In this document: positions 1 through 13,435 of the stretch, piece by piece
Position numbering within the stretch: the first letter of the stretch is position 1
How the letters are laid out: the number at the start of each line of letters is the position of its first letter
DNA from: Carcharhinus longimanus
Taxonomy: Eukaryota
Direction of reading: 5' to 3'
DNA length: 64,000 nt
NCBI GenBank assembly: GCA_030264375.1
Contig: JASCQW010000061.1
Location: 77,382,239 to 77,446,238 of the forward strand
The notes under the pieces: model-generated
The model's database searches: none
Seen by the model: the letters and a program-made list of their open reading frames with translations, nothing else
What the model was told of the DNA's origin: nothing
Translations under genes and position numbers: made by a program

Positions 1-110
1 CCTTAATGCAGCTATACTACTTATTTGAACCATTCTCTGTGTTAGTGAGTTCCACATTTTTAGCACTCTTTGGTAAAAAGATTTCTTCTGCATTCCCTAT
101 TGTACTTCTT

Positions 111-423
111 GGTGGCACAGTGGTTAGCACTGCTGCCTCACAGTGCCAGGGAGCTGGGTTCAATTCCAGCCTTGGGTGATTGTCTGTGTGGAGTTTACAT
201 GTTCTCCCTGTATCTGCATGGGTTTCCTCCAGGTGCTCTGGTTTCCTCCCATACTCCAAAGATGTGCGAGTTAGGTTGATTGGCCATGCTAATTTGCCCC
301 TTAGTCACAGGGGATTACCACAATAAATATGTGGGGTTACAGGGATAGGGCCTGGATGGGGTTGTTGTCAGTGCAGACTTCACGGGCTGAATGGCCTCCT
401 TCGACACTATAAGGATTCTATGA
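111..423 (+). mobile_element. tRNA-derived SINE, HE1/V-SINE-like
   Basis: A box GGTGGCACAGTGGTTAGC, B box GGTTCAATTCC, V-domain-like GGGTTTCCTCC..GGTTTCCTCCCA, CR1-type tail; several copies in the window. Confidence 0.88.
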
Positions 424-489
424 TTATATATTTATCGCTTATGTTTTGTGATTAGTTTTTGTGTACTTAGAGATCCTTTTCCTCCTCTG

Positions 490-1010
490 TCCTACTGAAA
501 CTTACATTTTCCAAATAATAAGACTTCCCTATTTTTCTACTGCCTCATGTTTATTTATTTCGAATTTCATTTATCAATTATTTGTCCATTTTGCAAGTTC
601 ATTAATGTAATTTGATGCAACCCTCTTCAGTATTGACTATTCCACATTTTGGTGATATCCACACATTTGAGAACAAGGTTTCTGTTTCCAAGTCCAAGCT
701 CAGTGTAAGTTATGAACAGCAGTGGTGTCAGCATGAGATGGAACAGCTCCTTATTGTCACTTAATCACTCTTTACTTCCAAGCTCTGCTTTCTGTTTTGA
801 AGTCAGCTAGCTGTGCTATTTGTCTCTTGGGCTCCATATTCTCTGACCTATTCATTAGTCTATTATGAATCATTCTATTACAGGCCTTTGCACAATCCAG
901 ATAAATTACATCTACTGTATTACCATTCTCTACTCTCTGTTACTGTCTCGTACAGATTCAATAAGATTAGTCATGCAAGAGTAATCTCTTAAAAATCTAT
1001 ACTGATTTCT
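490..1010 (-). mobile_element. Highly decayed CR1 LINE reverse transcriptase fragment
   Basis: Antisense resemblance to CR1 RT segments seen elsewhere in the window (e.g. 54700-55200). Confidence 0.5.
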
Positions 1011-1359
1011 ATGATGACCTTAATCCAGTAGCAGTGCAGTAAGAAAATAATGTAATTTCTTGAAAATGCCTGCAAAATTTATAATTGGTTTCCAGAGTGT
1101 TTGAGGAGGATTTTGAAGAGTTTATATGAATTTTAAAGGTAAAAATTGTAACTTTCTTTGACAATAAGGAATCCTAGTTCATGTGACGTGGCAACCTTTG
1201 ATCTGTGAGCAATACCAGCAGGCAAGAAGTTAAGATGCAGACACAAAGAGAAAGCAGACAGAGACAAAAAGGGGGACAGAGACAAAAAGGGGAACACAGA
1301 ACTCAAACGAGGAGAAGCCAGCAAGCTCTTTATGAGAAGTTGTTTCCTATGTGGCAGCA

Positions 1360-2020
1360 GGAAAAAAAGTTTAGGGGGTGATCATATTCAAACATAAGAT
1401 TCTGAAGGGGCTTCACAAAGTAGATAATGAGATGTTTTCATTAATGGGAGAGTCTTGATCAAGGGGACATAGCTACAAGTTCAAGGGCTAGTCATTTAAA
1501 ACTGAGGCGCACAGAAATTTCTTCTCGCAGATAGTGGCGAATCATTAGAATCTTAAGGATTATGGCGACTGGATCATTAGGGGCATTTAAAGTGGAGGTG
1601 GATAATTATTTGATAGATCAAGGAACAGAGAGAAGGCTGTGGGGAAAGGACATACAAAAGGAGCTAAGGCCAGCATGGTGGCACAGTGGTTAACATTGCT
1701 GCCTCACAACGCCAGAGGGACTGGACTTCCCGACTTGGGTCGCTGGCATTTTCCCCATGTCTGGGTGCTCCAGTTTCCTCCCACAGTCCAAAGGTATGCA
1801 GGTTAGGTTGATTAGCCATGCTAAATTGACCCTTAGTGTCACAAGGATTAACAGGGTAAATATTTGGGGTCACGAGAATAAGGCATGAGTGGGATTGTGG
1901 TCAGTGCAGACACGATGGGCCGCAGGGCCTCCTTCTGCACTGTAGGGATTCTATAATGAGATCAGCCATGGTTATATTGAATGGTGGGGCAGGCTTGAAG
2001 AGCCTGGTGGCCTACTCTTA
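1360..2020 (+). mobile_element. CR1/HER1 LINE 3' end, interrupted by a SINE
   Basis: Similar to the CR1 3' region at 51040-51415; the tail gatcagccatg...gaatggtggggcaggcttgaag resumes after the SINE. Confidence 0.75.
1671..1955 (+). mobile_element. HE1-like SINE
   Basis: Same head, V-like domain and tail as 111-423. Confidence 0.85.
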
Positions 2021-2574
2021 CGAAAAACAGAATTCCAGAAGCATTGTGGGACTGATGTACAAATGAGCTAATAGGAACTGAATCCTAAAAAGCAGGGAGA
2101 ATAGCTCAAGCATGCAGGAAAGCAGAAAGCTTGCATCAGCATGCTACATTGTGAACTGGGTACTGTCATTGGTCAATTAGAAAGAAATGCTGGAAAGCTC
2201 CGTCTTCAAGATTCACATGAGCTTAGCGAAAGGAGGTTCATACAATTGTCGGTGTCAACTGTATCCAGCAATCTCAAATACAATACACTTGCTCATGAAT
2301 GCAACTGAAGGGACAAATCAAGTGAGTTGGAAAGATTATGATATTGCACACAGTGCCACATTTGTGCAGGCTGTGATGCGGATGCTTGTGGTTGTGTCAG
2401 ATGTATCTTTGTTGTCTCAGCTATTTAAAGTGAAATTTACCTTTTTATTTGAAGATTTATTTGCCTTTAATTTGCATTGGTTCTGATTCACATTAAAGTA
2501 AAACTTACAAAAAATGAAATCTTTTGGTGAAATTATGTCATTTGAAGGTCATTGGATAAATTTGTTTATTTTGG

Positions 2575-4560
2575 TTTACAATTTCCCCATGGGGATTGCG
2601 CCACTTCTCGTTATAGTTTCTAAATGCTCATCTATCCTCTCTTTCGCAGCAATTCCATTACTTTCCTAGCACTCATGTTAAGATGACTAATTTATAATCC
2701 CCTTGACATGTTCTGTCACCTAATAAAGAAATGTTTTTTACTATTCATCAATCCTCTTTTCCGAACAAATTACTAAATATGTGTAATAATGCCTGTGCTA
2801 TCTCTTCTCTAGATTCTTCTAAAATGTGTGGGCACAACCCATCTGGACCTGGGGTTTTATTCTTGAAGTTTGATTCATTTATTTATTACAGCCCCTTTTA
2901 TATTTTAAATGCACTAATCTCATTATTCGTCTCATCATTCAATGTCATGTCTACTTGTTCTGGAAAATACCAAAGCAAAATGCTTATTTAATATTTCTGC
3001 CATCTTTACCTGTAATATTATGCTGATTATCCCTAATGGTCCCAGGACCCATTCTAGCCTTCATTTCCCCTAATTGATTCACCTGTAAAGTATTTTACTA
3101 TTTTGTTTTATTACCTGATACCTTAATTTTGTTGTTCCACTTTGCCTTCATAATTGTTATTTCTGACTTCTCTCCTAATCTCTTTGTATTCTTTCTTATC
3201 TTTGCATGCTTCTTTTCTAACCATCCATTATTCCCCTATGTTTTTATTCATTCATGGAGTCCAACCAGCATTTAGTTTGTTTCTTTTAGGGAAATATGTT
3301 TTTCCTGCACTCTGTCAAACATTTTTAAATATTTCCCAATGTTACTCTACATTGTTGTTTGTCCAAACTGTTGCCATTTTACTTTCCTCACGTTCTATTC
3401 TCAGTCCCTCAAAACCAATTCTTCTCCAATCTATCAACCTGATTTTCATATTTATGTTCTTCTCTCTTATCGTCTGAAAATGTATTATATTACAGTCATT
3501 ATTGCCTGTATGTGCTCCTACTTCTGCTTCTCTAATCTGCTTTGGTTAATTTCCCATGACTGGATCCAATAGTGAATCTTCCCTTGCTGGATTTTTATAT
3601 ACTGCATTAGAAAGGAACCTCATACACATTGTAGGAACTCTCTTTCTTTATTCCCCCTTACTTACTACTTTTATCCAATAAATATTCTGGTAATTAAAAT
3701 CCCCATGTTATTTACTCAATTCTCGAATGTGTCTGCATATAATCGTCCTTCTCCTCCCTTCTACATTAAGGGCTCTGTAGACTATACTATTAATATGATT
3801 GATCCTTTATCTTGCATACCTCCTGCTCTCCTGTTTTATTATGGACAGTGCGTGCATTGTTGGACAGATATTTTGACCAATTTTAATAAGATTTTTTCTC
3901 ACCTAATGTCTAATCATCTTTTTAAACTCCTGTTCTAAAACTCTCTTTATTCTTTTGCCATTAATGTCCTTCCTTACTTTCTTCTGGTTGCCATCTTTCA
4001 CTATTTTGCTTACATTTAGGTTGATCATATTTTACTCATTTAAAGCCTTTGCCACCTTCCTGTTTACTCTTCCCATTTGTATATGGGTCCTGTTGCACTT
4101 CCAGTGGAGGTCCATTGGTATAACTCAATCTTGTTCCAAACCAATGCCAATATTCAATGAAAATGAACTCTTCTCTCCCACCCCAGCCCGTTAGCCACAT
4201 GTTCATTCTCTTGACCTGTGCCAATTTACTCATGACGTGAGTGATAATCCTGAGATTATTGGCTGGGAAGATTGCTATTTAATTCAGAGCCTAACTCCTG
4301 ATACTTTTTCAGCAGGACCTCCTCCCTATTCTTACACATTTGTTCAAACATGTACCACAACGATTAGATCAACTCCCCTCACTTTCCAGCCACCATGATA
4401 TCATCCCTTATCCTACCATTAGGTAGGCAACACCTTCTTTGGGATTTTCATTCAGCAGCAGAGGATGCTCTCTATCCCAATAATGATGAAGTCCCCTGTT
4501 CCTGCCACATTTTTCTGTTCTTCACCCTGCCTTAAACAACCTTCTAAACCACAGTGCCTT
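2575..4560 (-). mobile_element. Decayed CR1 LINE (ORF1 remnant, endonuclease and early RT)
   Basis: Antisense of K.PGPDG.. (ccatctggacctgggg near 2840); ORF1-like W..REEFIFIEYWH.F in track ORF 4036..4233. Confidence 0.65.
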
Positions 4561-4837
4561 GGTCTGCATTGCAAGGATTTCCAGTTCTAGTTTTGTGTAA
4601 ATTAGCTCTCATTTCTTTGATCTATCATCGTTACCGCTCAAATTTTGTCACTGCCACTGTGAGCAAGAGTGGGTTTAAAATCCTAATACTACATCAGGTC
4701 ACTCCCCCTTTCCTTGACTCTTCAGGCAATTACCATCTATCCCAACCCTTCCTCCATAGCCCATGTGGAGCCTAACCCCTTCTATTTTCAATGCCCTCAG
4801 CCCAGGTCCCATGAAGCTCAAGCACCATAGGTTGTAC

Positions 4838-5062
4838 TTACACACACTGCATATCTCTGTCAATTTAAACTGGCTGACTCCACAACATGAGAGTGGAGTC
4901 AGCATGGTGACCTATAAGCAGCAAATGAAAGTCCTATATCACTCCAGTTCCAAGACATCTGCTACACTTCTGATCTTCTTATACCAATGCATCAAAAATA
5001 ATCACAAGTTAATACAGTATTGAGAATGATTATAGAGCATTTCTCACCAATAATCGTACGTA
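4838..5062. repeat. Local duplication, copy 1 (intron start plus last ~15 nt of the MBT2 exon)
   Basis: Aligns by eye with 6153-6332 plus 6733-6771. Confidence 0.9.
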
Positions 5063-5199
5063 TCATCCCAATTATCAAAATGCACCAAAAAACGATTGTC
5101 TATTATATCTGTCACTGATGCAACACAGATCAGGGAGGGATTCTTTCTGTCAACCGCCTCCAGCTTCATTCCGACTCGAAATCCTGAAGGAGTAACAGT
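5048..5199 (-). CDS. L3MBTL4: L3MBTL exon, MBT repeat 2 methyl-lysine pocket: TVTPSGFRVGMKLEAVDRKNPSLICVASVTDIIDNRFLVHFDNWDDTYDY(W)
   Basis: Acceptor tctctcatag|ACT, donor TG|gtgaga; 152 nt, phase 0 to 2; cage residues D..N and F..W..TY intact. Confidence 0.97.
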
Positions 5200-6152
5200 C
5201 TATGAGAGATAAGGATTTGTGTGTTAAGAGCAAATGAAAGCAACAAAATTTGATACACTAAACTGATTACATATCTTGCCAAACCATGTTGTATGTTATT
5301 TAAAAATGGATGTCTTTAAATGTGATTACTTAGTAAGTTGAATACTTATGATGGAACAATTACCAATCACTACCACTACCCATCTGAGATTGACAGCAAC
5401 TTCAGTGGCTGGATCAGCACAAAGAGGTGTGGCGACAAAAATGGCACCTGCATGTTGGTCTGCCTCATCTGCTCCAGACTCAGACTTTCCAGAGAAGGGG
5501 GGGTAGAGTGCAGGACTGGTAGGAATGGTATGTTGCCTGTCTTGTTAATTGGCCACTTTGATGTCATTAGCGAGCTTGCCTTCTGACTTGCCGAGACTTT
5601 CATGGGGGCGGGTGGCCATGGGAAGCTCTCTGAAGCCTGACGTGAACAGGGACAGAAATGCTGAAACTGATTTCTTTGAAAGGTGAAAATTTGGATGAAA
5701 AAAAGGGTAGCAATAAAATTTCAACAGCCCATCTTTCCTTGCCCTCACCTCTGTCTCTGCTCTCCATTTTCCATGACTACTTTGAAGTTGAAGATCCTCT
5801 TAATTTTTTTTTTAAGATCAAGCACACTCAGCAGTTACAGCAATGGCTGCCAATTCAGGCCAGGACATGGTCCACCTCCTTTCCTGCGCCCCTCCCTCCG
5901 AGCCATTAACTGGGCAGGAGACCCATCTCTCAGATCACTGAGACCCCAATCTCCCCAACAAATTGTCTCCTGGGGACAGAAGTGGGATTGTGACGTAAAA
6001 TCAGCTGTCTTCCAATTGCTGCTTCCAGTAGGATATTTCTGCCCTGGAGACTACATATATATAACTATACACAAAAATCTAGAAGTTGCTGTTCGAGATT
6101 TTACGTTTTTCCACAAGATGCTGCTGCAGTTCCTTCAGACAACAGGCTGAAT

Positions 6153-6771
6153 TTACACACTCTGCATATCTCTGTCAATTTAAACTGGCTGACTCCACAA
6201 CTTGAGAATGGAGTCAGCATGGTGACCTATAAGCAGCAAATGGAAGTCCCACATCATTCCAGTTCCAAGACATTGCTACACTTCTGATCTTCTTATACCA
6301 ATCTATCAAAAAATTACAAGGTAATACAGTATAAGAACATAAGAACATAAGAAATAGGAGCAGGAGTAGGCCATCTAGCCCTTCGAGCCTGCCCCGCCAT
6401 TCAANNNNNNNNNNNNNNNNNNNNNNNNNNNNNNNNNNNNNNNNNNNNNNNNNNNNNNNNNNNNNNNNNNNNNNNNNNNNNNNNNNNNNNNNNNNNNNNN
6501 NNNNCTCACCTGCCTCGTCCTCTTCCAGACTGGAAGCAAGAACCTCAAACCTGTTATGCAGATTAAGAGGCTGAGGCCTCCTCTCCTCACCCTCCTTCCT
6601 CCTCCCAGCAGCCCCCTCTTGTCCCTGACCCTTAGATTTAGCCAGTCTAGGGGGGGGTGGATGTTACTTGCACCCCATTGACAATGGCACCCTCTCTCCC
6701 CCTGATGAGCCTCAGTGTCTAGCTCAGAGGCCGAATGATTATAGAGCATTTGTCACCAATAATTGTATGTA
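6153..6771. repeat. Local duplication, copy 2, split by a CR1 insertion at 6333-6732
   Basis: ttacacac.ctgcatatctctgtcaatttaaactggctgactccac...taatacagtat, resuming as gaatgattatagagcatt.gtcaccaataat.gta.gta. Confidence 0.9.
6333..6732 (-). mobile_element. CR1 LINE: 3' tail, assembly gap, then ORF1-like 5' segment
   Basis: (AAGAACAT)n tail plus ataggagcaggagtaggccat...; the sequence after the gap resembles the CR1 ORF1 coiled-coil region. Confidence 0.75.
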
Positions 6772-8228
6772 GAATTAGAATTTGGTGAATGGATGAGAAA
6801 TTGCCCTTTTGAAGTGATTAGTGCTGCTGTAGGCTCCCTTGAAAATGTTGCATCTTGTTGACTGAGCTGTAACTGAGTTTGTAATAGTGTACTAATATCA
6901 TAATTACTGCTGAAAAACCTCTCTGGTCCTGAAATGTTAATTTTATATCGGTGCAATGACAAATCTTTCCATTATGATAAAAATAAGCCACGTATTTTAA
7001 CTTATTTGATTTGGTTTTTGATATTTCAGCTTCTATCTTAATCTCATATCTGTGTCCCAATCATATTTTGATATCTGTAAAATTTTAAAACAAGGTGAAA
7101 AATAATCAGTCGATTTGATGTCTGCAAAATATAGTTGATGACATGACTGTTGTTGGATACCTGGAGACTCCGTCAACTTGGTGCCAAATTCAAGCTAACA
7201 TCAGGAAAAAGAAAATGCACACCATACAGATTGTTAGATCTTTGTGGGCAGCTTCTTGCAAGCACTGTTGACCATGAATTTCATCAGCTGCCAGATCTTA
7301 TCCAGGAAATTTGCTATTTACACAATCATAGTCCCCCTCTAGTCTAGCAGGTACGTCAAGTATGCATAGGGGCAGTCACCCTCATTAAACAGCCTGACCA
7401 TGGAAACTTTTGACAGGCACCAAAGTCAAACTGCACCAATGCTATGACAACAGATCAGAATCACAGATTTTCAGACACATGGAATTTCATTTCAAATGCT
7501 TTTGCCAGAATTATTTTAATTTATTTTTCTTTAAAATGCAAATACTGTCCATTATGACAGAGTTCATATACTGTTGAGGGCCCCACTGATGTTCAATGCG
7601 TGGGCAATCCAAATCCCAGAAGGGAAACTTAGAACACTTGTTCTTAACTTTTGATTTTTGCAATTTGGAAAAATGTAAGAGATGAAACTCGGTGAGGAAA
7701 GGAGCCTGGTTTGTTGTAAATTATTCAAATAACAAAACATTTATTAAACTTTAACACACAGTCAAAAAGGCAACAATAAAGAACAACATTTACAATTAAC
7801 TACAACAATGGGTACCCAGACAGTATGCTCAAATCACCCAATCTAAATCAATCTATTTTTTTAAACTGAGAATTCACCTTACCCAAGATAACATCCCTCA
7901 GGTTTTAGGACTATGAGCCAAATCCAGCAAATAATTATCACACAGGATCAGAGCTTTCTTTTGGGAACCTTTCTTCTAGTTTAGGTAGAACTTATGGATC
8001 GTGATCTAGCAATTCCATTAGCCATGGGCACAAATCCTATAATGGCTACTAAATCTGGCACACGCAGGGGGCTCCAGCAAAGGGGATTACCCTCCTCCGT
8101 TGAGTTGGAGGGGGAGGGAAGGGAGGAAATTCCCATCTGCATGTGGAGTTTGGGGTGAGTGGTTCTCCTTGTTTGTTGGGGGGGGGGGGCTCCAATGTCC
8201 ATTGGGGTGGCGGGGCGGGGCGATATGG

Positions 8229-8500
8229 GGTGGCACAGTGGTTAGCACTGCTGTTTCACAGTGCCAGACACCCAGGTTTGATTTCTGGCTTGGGTCTGCA
8301 CATTCTCCCTATATCTGCACGGGTTTCCTCTGCAAGCTCCAGTTTCCTCCCACAGTCCGAAAGACCTGCTGGTTAGGTGCATTGGCCATGCTAAATTCAC
8401 CCTCAGTGTACCCGAACAGCCACTGGAATGTGGTGACTAGGGGATTTTCACAGTAACACTTCATTGCAATGTTAATGTAAGCCTACTTATGACTAATACA
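8229..8500 (+). mobile_element. tRNA-derived SINE with HE1-like head and a different tail
   Basis: Head as HE1; tail cagtaac..cattgca.tgttaatgtaagcctactt.tgactaata shared with 59274-59561. Confidence 0.82.
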
Positions 8501-9539
8501 TAAATGTTTAAAAATGTAACTATGAGAGGGAGCCCTGAACTCAGGATCTTGGCGTTGCTGGTGTGTTTAGGCTGTCTCTCCAGCTGGCTGTGTGATCCTC
8601 GCCAGCACGTTGAAATTGTACAGAGTGCTGCTGAATCAAGCAAGAAAAGATGCCTGTGCACCCAGTTTCACATAGCTTTTCTCACCTGATCCATACATTG
8701 CAATTTTGGTCAAATTGCGATCACTGGGCCTGACACAGACCGACTGCTGCTTCTTTTTTGCAGGACAACTTGGTTCTGAGAGCATTGCTCCGCAATTGAG
8801 TGTGGCAATGATCTAGGTCACCGGACTGCTAGTCTCCACTTCGCTTAACAACGTATGTTTTTCACACTGTTACTAGGCTAATCTGCATTGCACATGTTCT
8901 CAGTCTAGCTAAATCCCTATCAGTTTTCTTTTTTAGCCAATTCTATGTTTCATTTCATTCCAACTTCCCAACAATACACAAACAAAAGGTACCAAAGATA
9001 GAGAATATTTTCAGTATAATTTATCGCTATACAGGAGGACAGATGTTTAACAGCCATTTTACAACTGCAAGACTATAGTTGACTTTATTTCTGTTGGTTT
9101 ATTGACAATTGATGAGCTCATATTCTCTCTTACCCAAATGCATGCAAAAGTAATAAAAATCTAAACTGACTTTTTCTACAAAATTATTTTTAAATCAACT
9201 CTTAGTAATCCAGTCCTTCCTAATCTTCATGCATTTAAGTATCATGTAATTGCTGCTGGTTAAATTCCAAGGTCAAAATGTGAGTTTGTAAGGCAACAAA
9301 AATATACGCTACTTGTGATGTTCTTTATGAGTAATAATAATAAAGCTGGGTCATGAAAAGGTTATGCTCAAACTGTATATTCCTCTAGCCAGATCACAAC
9401 TCGAATATTGAACCCAGTCCTGACCATTAAAACCCAAGGAAAGTAGTTCAAAGAGCCATGAGAATGATTCTGAGTATCATAGCACTGAGTTGCAAGGGAA
9501 AAACTCCTCTTTCATGGAAGCAAATATGAGATAATCTTC

Positions 9540-10645
9540 TGAAGCTACATAAAATATTGAGCAGTACTGGTAAGGTAGATCTGGAAAAAGACTTCAAACT
9601 AAAGCATAAGATTGGGAGGTGTTTGAAGAAGAACTTAATGTGACACAACACAGATTTAAGGGGCAAGAGATCTAACTGCCAAAAGAATGTGGATGACAAC
9701 AGGGTTGAAAAAAAAAAAGAAAACACAATAAAAATGCAAAACAAACCCGAAATACATCTTATTAGAAAATATTGGAAAAAATGAGGATGGTCAGAAACAG
9801 ATTTTATGATCTAGTTAGCAGCAGAAAATGGCAGACATTTTAAATAATTACTTGGTGTTATATTTACAGTAGATGATGGTAGCATACCAGATGTCCCAAG
9901 GAATGTAATATTTAATTAAGGATAATGACTCATCGAGATTAATGTAAGCAAAATAACACTGATGAAGAAAACAATGACAATAAATTGACAAATCCCCAGG
10001 ACTAGATGACTTCCACTGCAAGGTCTTAAGAAGAATTAAAAGAGAGCATTGCAGATGCCCTGAATATAATCTCCCAACTCTCTCTCAATTCAGGAAATGT
10101 TGCTTTAAATTAAATAATTGCATGTTGTTTCACTATTTAAGGAATATGAAAGCAGCAACCTAGGAACGTTGGATCAGTTAGCCTAGTATTAGTTGTGAGG
10201 AAATTCCACATCTCCTTCTAAGTGCAGGCACTCTCATTGGCAAGGTGTGACAAGTTGTGTCCCACAGGGAACTGTGCTGGAGTTTTAATAATTCACTATA
10301 TTTATTAACAATTTGGTTTCTAGAATAGAGATCCAAAACTTGTAATATCCACCAAGAATTATACCTTTACATGGCCTAAAGATTAGGGTCAGCCAGATCT
10401 TTTGAGAGTGAAATTAGGAAACATTCTACATGCAAAAGGTAGTGCAATTGTGGAATTCTCTTCTGCAAATAATGGTTTACATCAGATCAATTCTTCATTT
10501 TAAATCTGGACTGAAAGTTTTTTCTCAGCTAAAGCTAACAAGGGATATGAAGCAAAAGAAGTCCTTGAAGTTAAGTCACAGATCAGCCATGACCTGACTG
10601 GCAAAGAGATTCAAGGGGATAAAAGGTCTTGTTCTTTTCTTCCTA
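9540..10645 (+). mobile_element. Decayed CR1 LINE with internal deletions
   Basis: gacaaatccccaggactagatg (DKSPG.DG) near 9990; 3' tail cagatcagccatga near 10580. Confidence 0.65.
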
Positions 10646-13435
10646 GGAGGCAAGTGCTTAGATTCAAACCAATTTTTAAAAAACAGTTAGTAGAGTTCTA
10701 CACACAAAGAGTAGTCAACGTGGAATCAAAGAAGAATAGAGTGGCTGTGGCAAAACCCTCCAATTATTTAAGAAATGATTAAATTTGATAATGGAACTAA
10801 ATGCCTTTCCGGACAGATGAGCTAAGATGGGTCAAAGATCCTTTCTCATCTGAATCCTGTCAGAAGCATCTATCATTTCTGAATACTTAGCTATACTTTA
10901 GCTGTTGTCCCTCACTGTGGTGGAAGAAATTACAAAGAACAGATGGAGACATGTCAATCACATGGCTGATCAAGACACCCAAATTCATTGCAGTAAATTC
11001 ACCCATCACCAACTGCTTTAACCAGATGTCTTGCAGTGAAGTGCTCATTTGAAAATAGTAAAATGTTCTCATCAACTTAAGCAGACAAGTCAAGGTGGCA
11101 ACATTCAGTGAAGTCAAAGATTCGCACATGTAGAAGCAAGAGCTAAGTACAGAGGAATATTTTCCTTGAAGTAGGCAACAGCAAAAGTCAAAGGACTTTT
11201 TATTAGCTGCCCAAGAGCTTCCTTAGAGTTTTATTATCAACAAAAAATTGCTTCAACTGTCATGTCTTGGTTCACTCCACATTGTAAGTCAAAGTTCTCA
11301 GGTATTCTTCTGGATACCACCTATGCTCTTCAACAGCAACTTATGTTTAGGATGGATGATAAGACTTTATGGCTGCTGCATGAACCCTTTACAAATCAGT
11401 GACCCCTGAGAAATTAATGATGACTGAAGAGCCGAAACTGCTCCCTTCAGTTTTCTAATCCTTGGTGCACTTCCCAACTTTATTATGTACATTTTTAAAT
11501 TCTAAATGTTCCTGTTCATTGAGAATTGATTTTAAATCCATAACAAGATTACTTTTTCCCATAAGTTACATTTTTTTGTAAAAGTAAGAGAGTGAGACAT
11601 AGTACATTTCAGACAAATAGGTACAATGTTTAAAATAAGAAGCATATTTTCAGAAGTGCTTTCAACTAGTATATTAACCCACAAACTACTCGATGTGGTA
11701 TGAAGAGCAGGCGAGAGGCCAGAAAAAAAAATTATGTATAGATAACTCTACAAAGAGTGTCAAATGAATTGTTTGCCAAGCTTGGACAGTTTGGACAGAT
11801 AAAATATAAGGGAAGAGAAAGGAGAGAGGCTGCATCTAAACATTCAAGTCAGGTAAACATGAAAATTAATTCCAGAGTTAATGCTTGTATGCTGTACAGC
11901 AGCTTGGGGGACAGAAATGATGAGCTTGGGAACTAGACCTGCGATGTGTGCAACATGCATAATTGGTTAAATCCTAGAATGGCAAAAAAATCAAGGAGAT
12001 AGAAACATATAATCAAGTCTCAGAGAGTCTCAGTTATGAACAAAAACTTAACTGATGGGAAAAAGTAATCTCGTTATGGATTTAAAGTCAACTCTTAATG
12101 AGACTTAATGAACAAAAAATGTTAAAGTCAAAGACCAGCTGGTTCCACTGCGGAATGTTATTGCAAAATATGTTCCAGGTGGTATACCCACATAAAGAAA
12201 AGATACTTAAGCAGAGGAAATAGGAAATCCCTCAGACAGAGTAATTGTATAGGGAAACGCTGTCAGTCTGGACTTGCACAGTGGGTATCCAGTTTGTGAC
12301 AGTAATGAAAATAATGGTAGTAAACACCAGGTAACTATAGTGTGAAGGATTATCAATGGGAAATAATATGACACAGTCCAGGAGAACACGTACATGTCGA
12401 AGCTTCCATAATAAGGGGAATAGACAACCTGGTTTGCATTCATGACTGAGAATCTGGTGTGTTCATCACAACATGAAGACTACGGGACATAATTAATGCA
12501 AAAAAAAAACTTCTGGAAAGAGAAGTAAAGCAATCAAAAGCCATGGTTCATTTGTAAACTTGTGTCATAGCCAGAAGTAGGATATATGTTTTCCAGAGGG
12601 AGGGAGGTGCAAGATGCTAAGCATAGTAATCTCAAGATTATTCTTAAATGCTATAACAGTTCAACAGAAACCAAATAAACACTTCAGAGCATGATTAATT
12701 TCACTGATCAGATTTTCAGTGCTGATTTTCCCACTTTAGTGGCAATAGCAGAGGAGGGGTGGAAGATTACGCAAGGATTCATTATCCTGGATCCTATTCT
12801 TTTTGACCCTAAATATATCCTCTGGAATTTTCACTGAAATATAGGTGGGCATAATAATGTGATGATTCTGAGCTGGTTGCGAAGCAAACTGGAAGAAAAT
12901 GGGCACTGACATTTGTTAGGAGAGGCGCAATGCCTTCAAGCATTTAAATCTCACAGCAGTGAGTGCAATGGGGGGTGGGAGTCACTGCTATATTCATCCA
13001 TTGCTTCAGATTTGTTCATGCAAATGGAGAGAAATGTTTCCTTTCAGCAAGGCTCTCTTTAGGCTGCCACATACATCTCACTGCAGTCACAACAGCCATC
13101 TACAGCGATGATCACCCTAGCGGAAGCAGAAGAGCCACCCAATTCCTAGCAAAAGAATTCAAAATAAAATGAGCCCATACCTTTCCAGGATCAGTGCTGA
13201 CACACTCAGGCAGTGGCTGACAAACAGCAATCTCTTTCAGTCCTGGAAGCTCTGAGCAGAAAGCTTTCTTTGCTTGGATTGTGGACTATTCTAATTTTGT
13301 GTTCAGAAGTAGGTCTGCTGCAACTGAAGGCTCAATTTATTTAAATATCTAAGCTAAAATTAATCTTACAAAATGAAGAACAAAGTACTTAAATAATTGG
13401 GTCACATGGTGTGGTATCATGAAACAAATACTCAC

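Noticed and set aside
111-180. tRNA-like sequence with A and B boxes, also at other SINE heads
   Set aside because: It continues into a SINE body and tail, so it is not a tRNA gene
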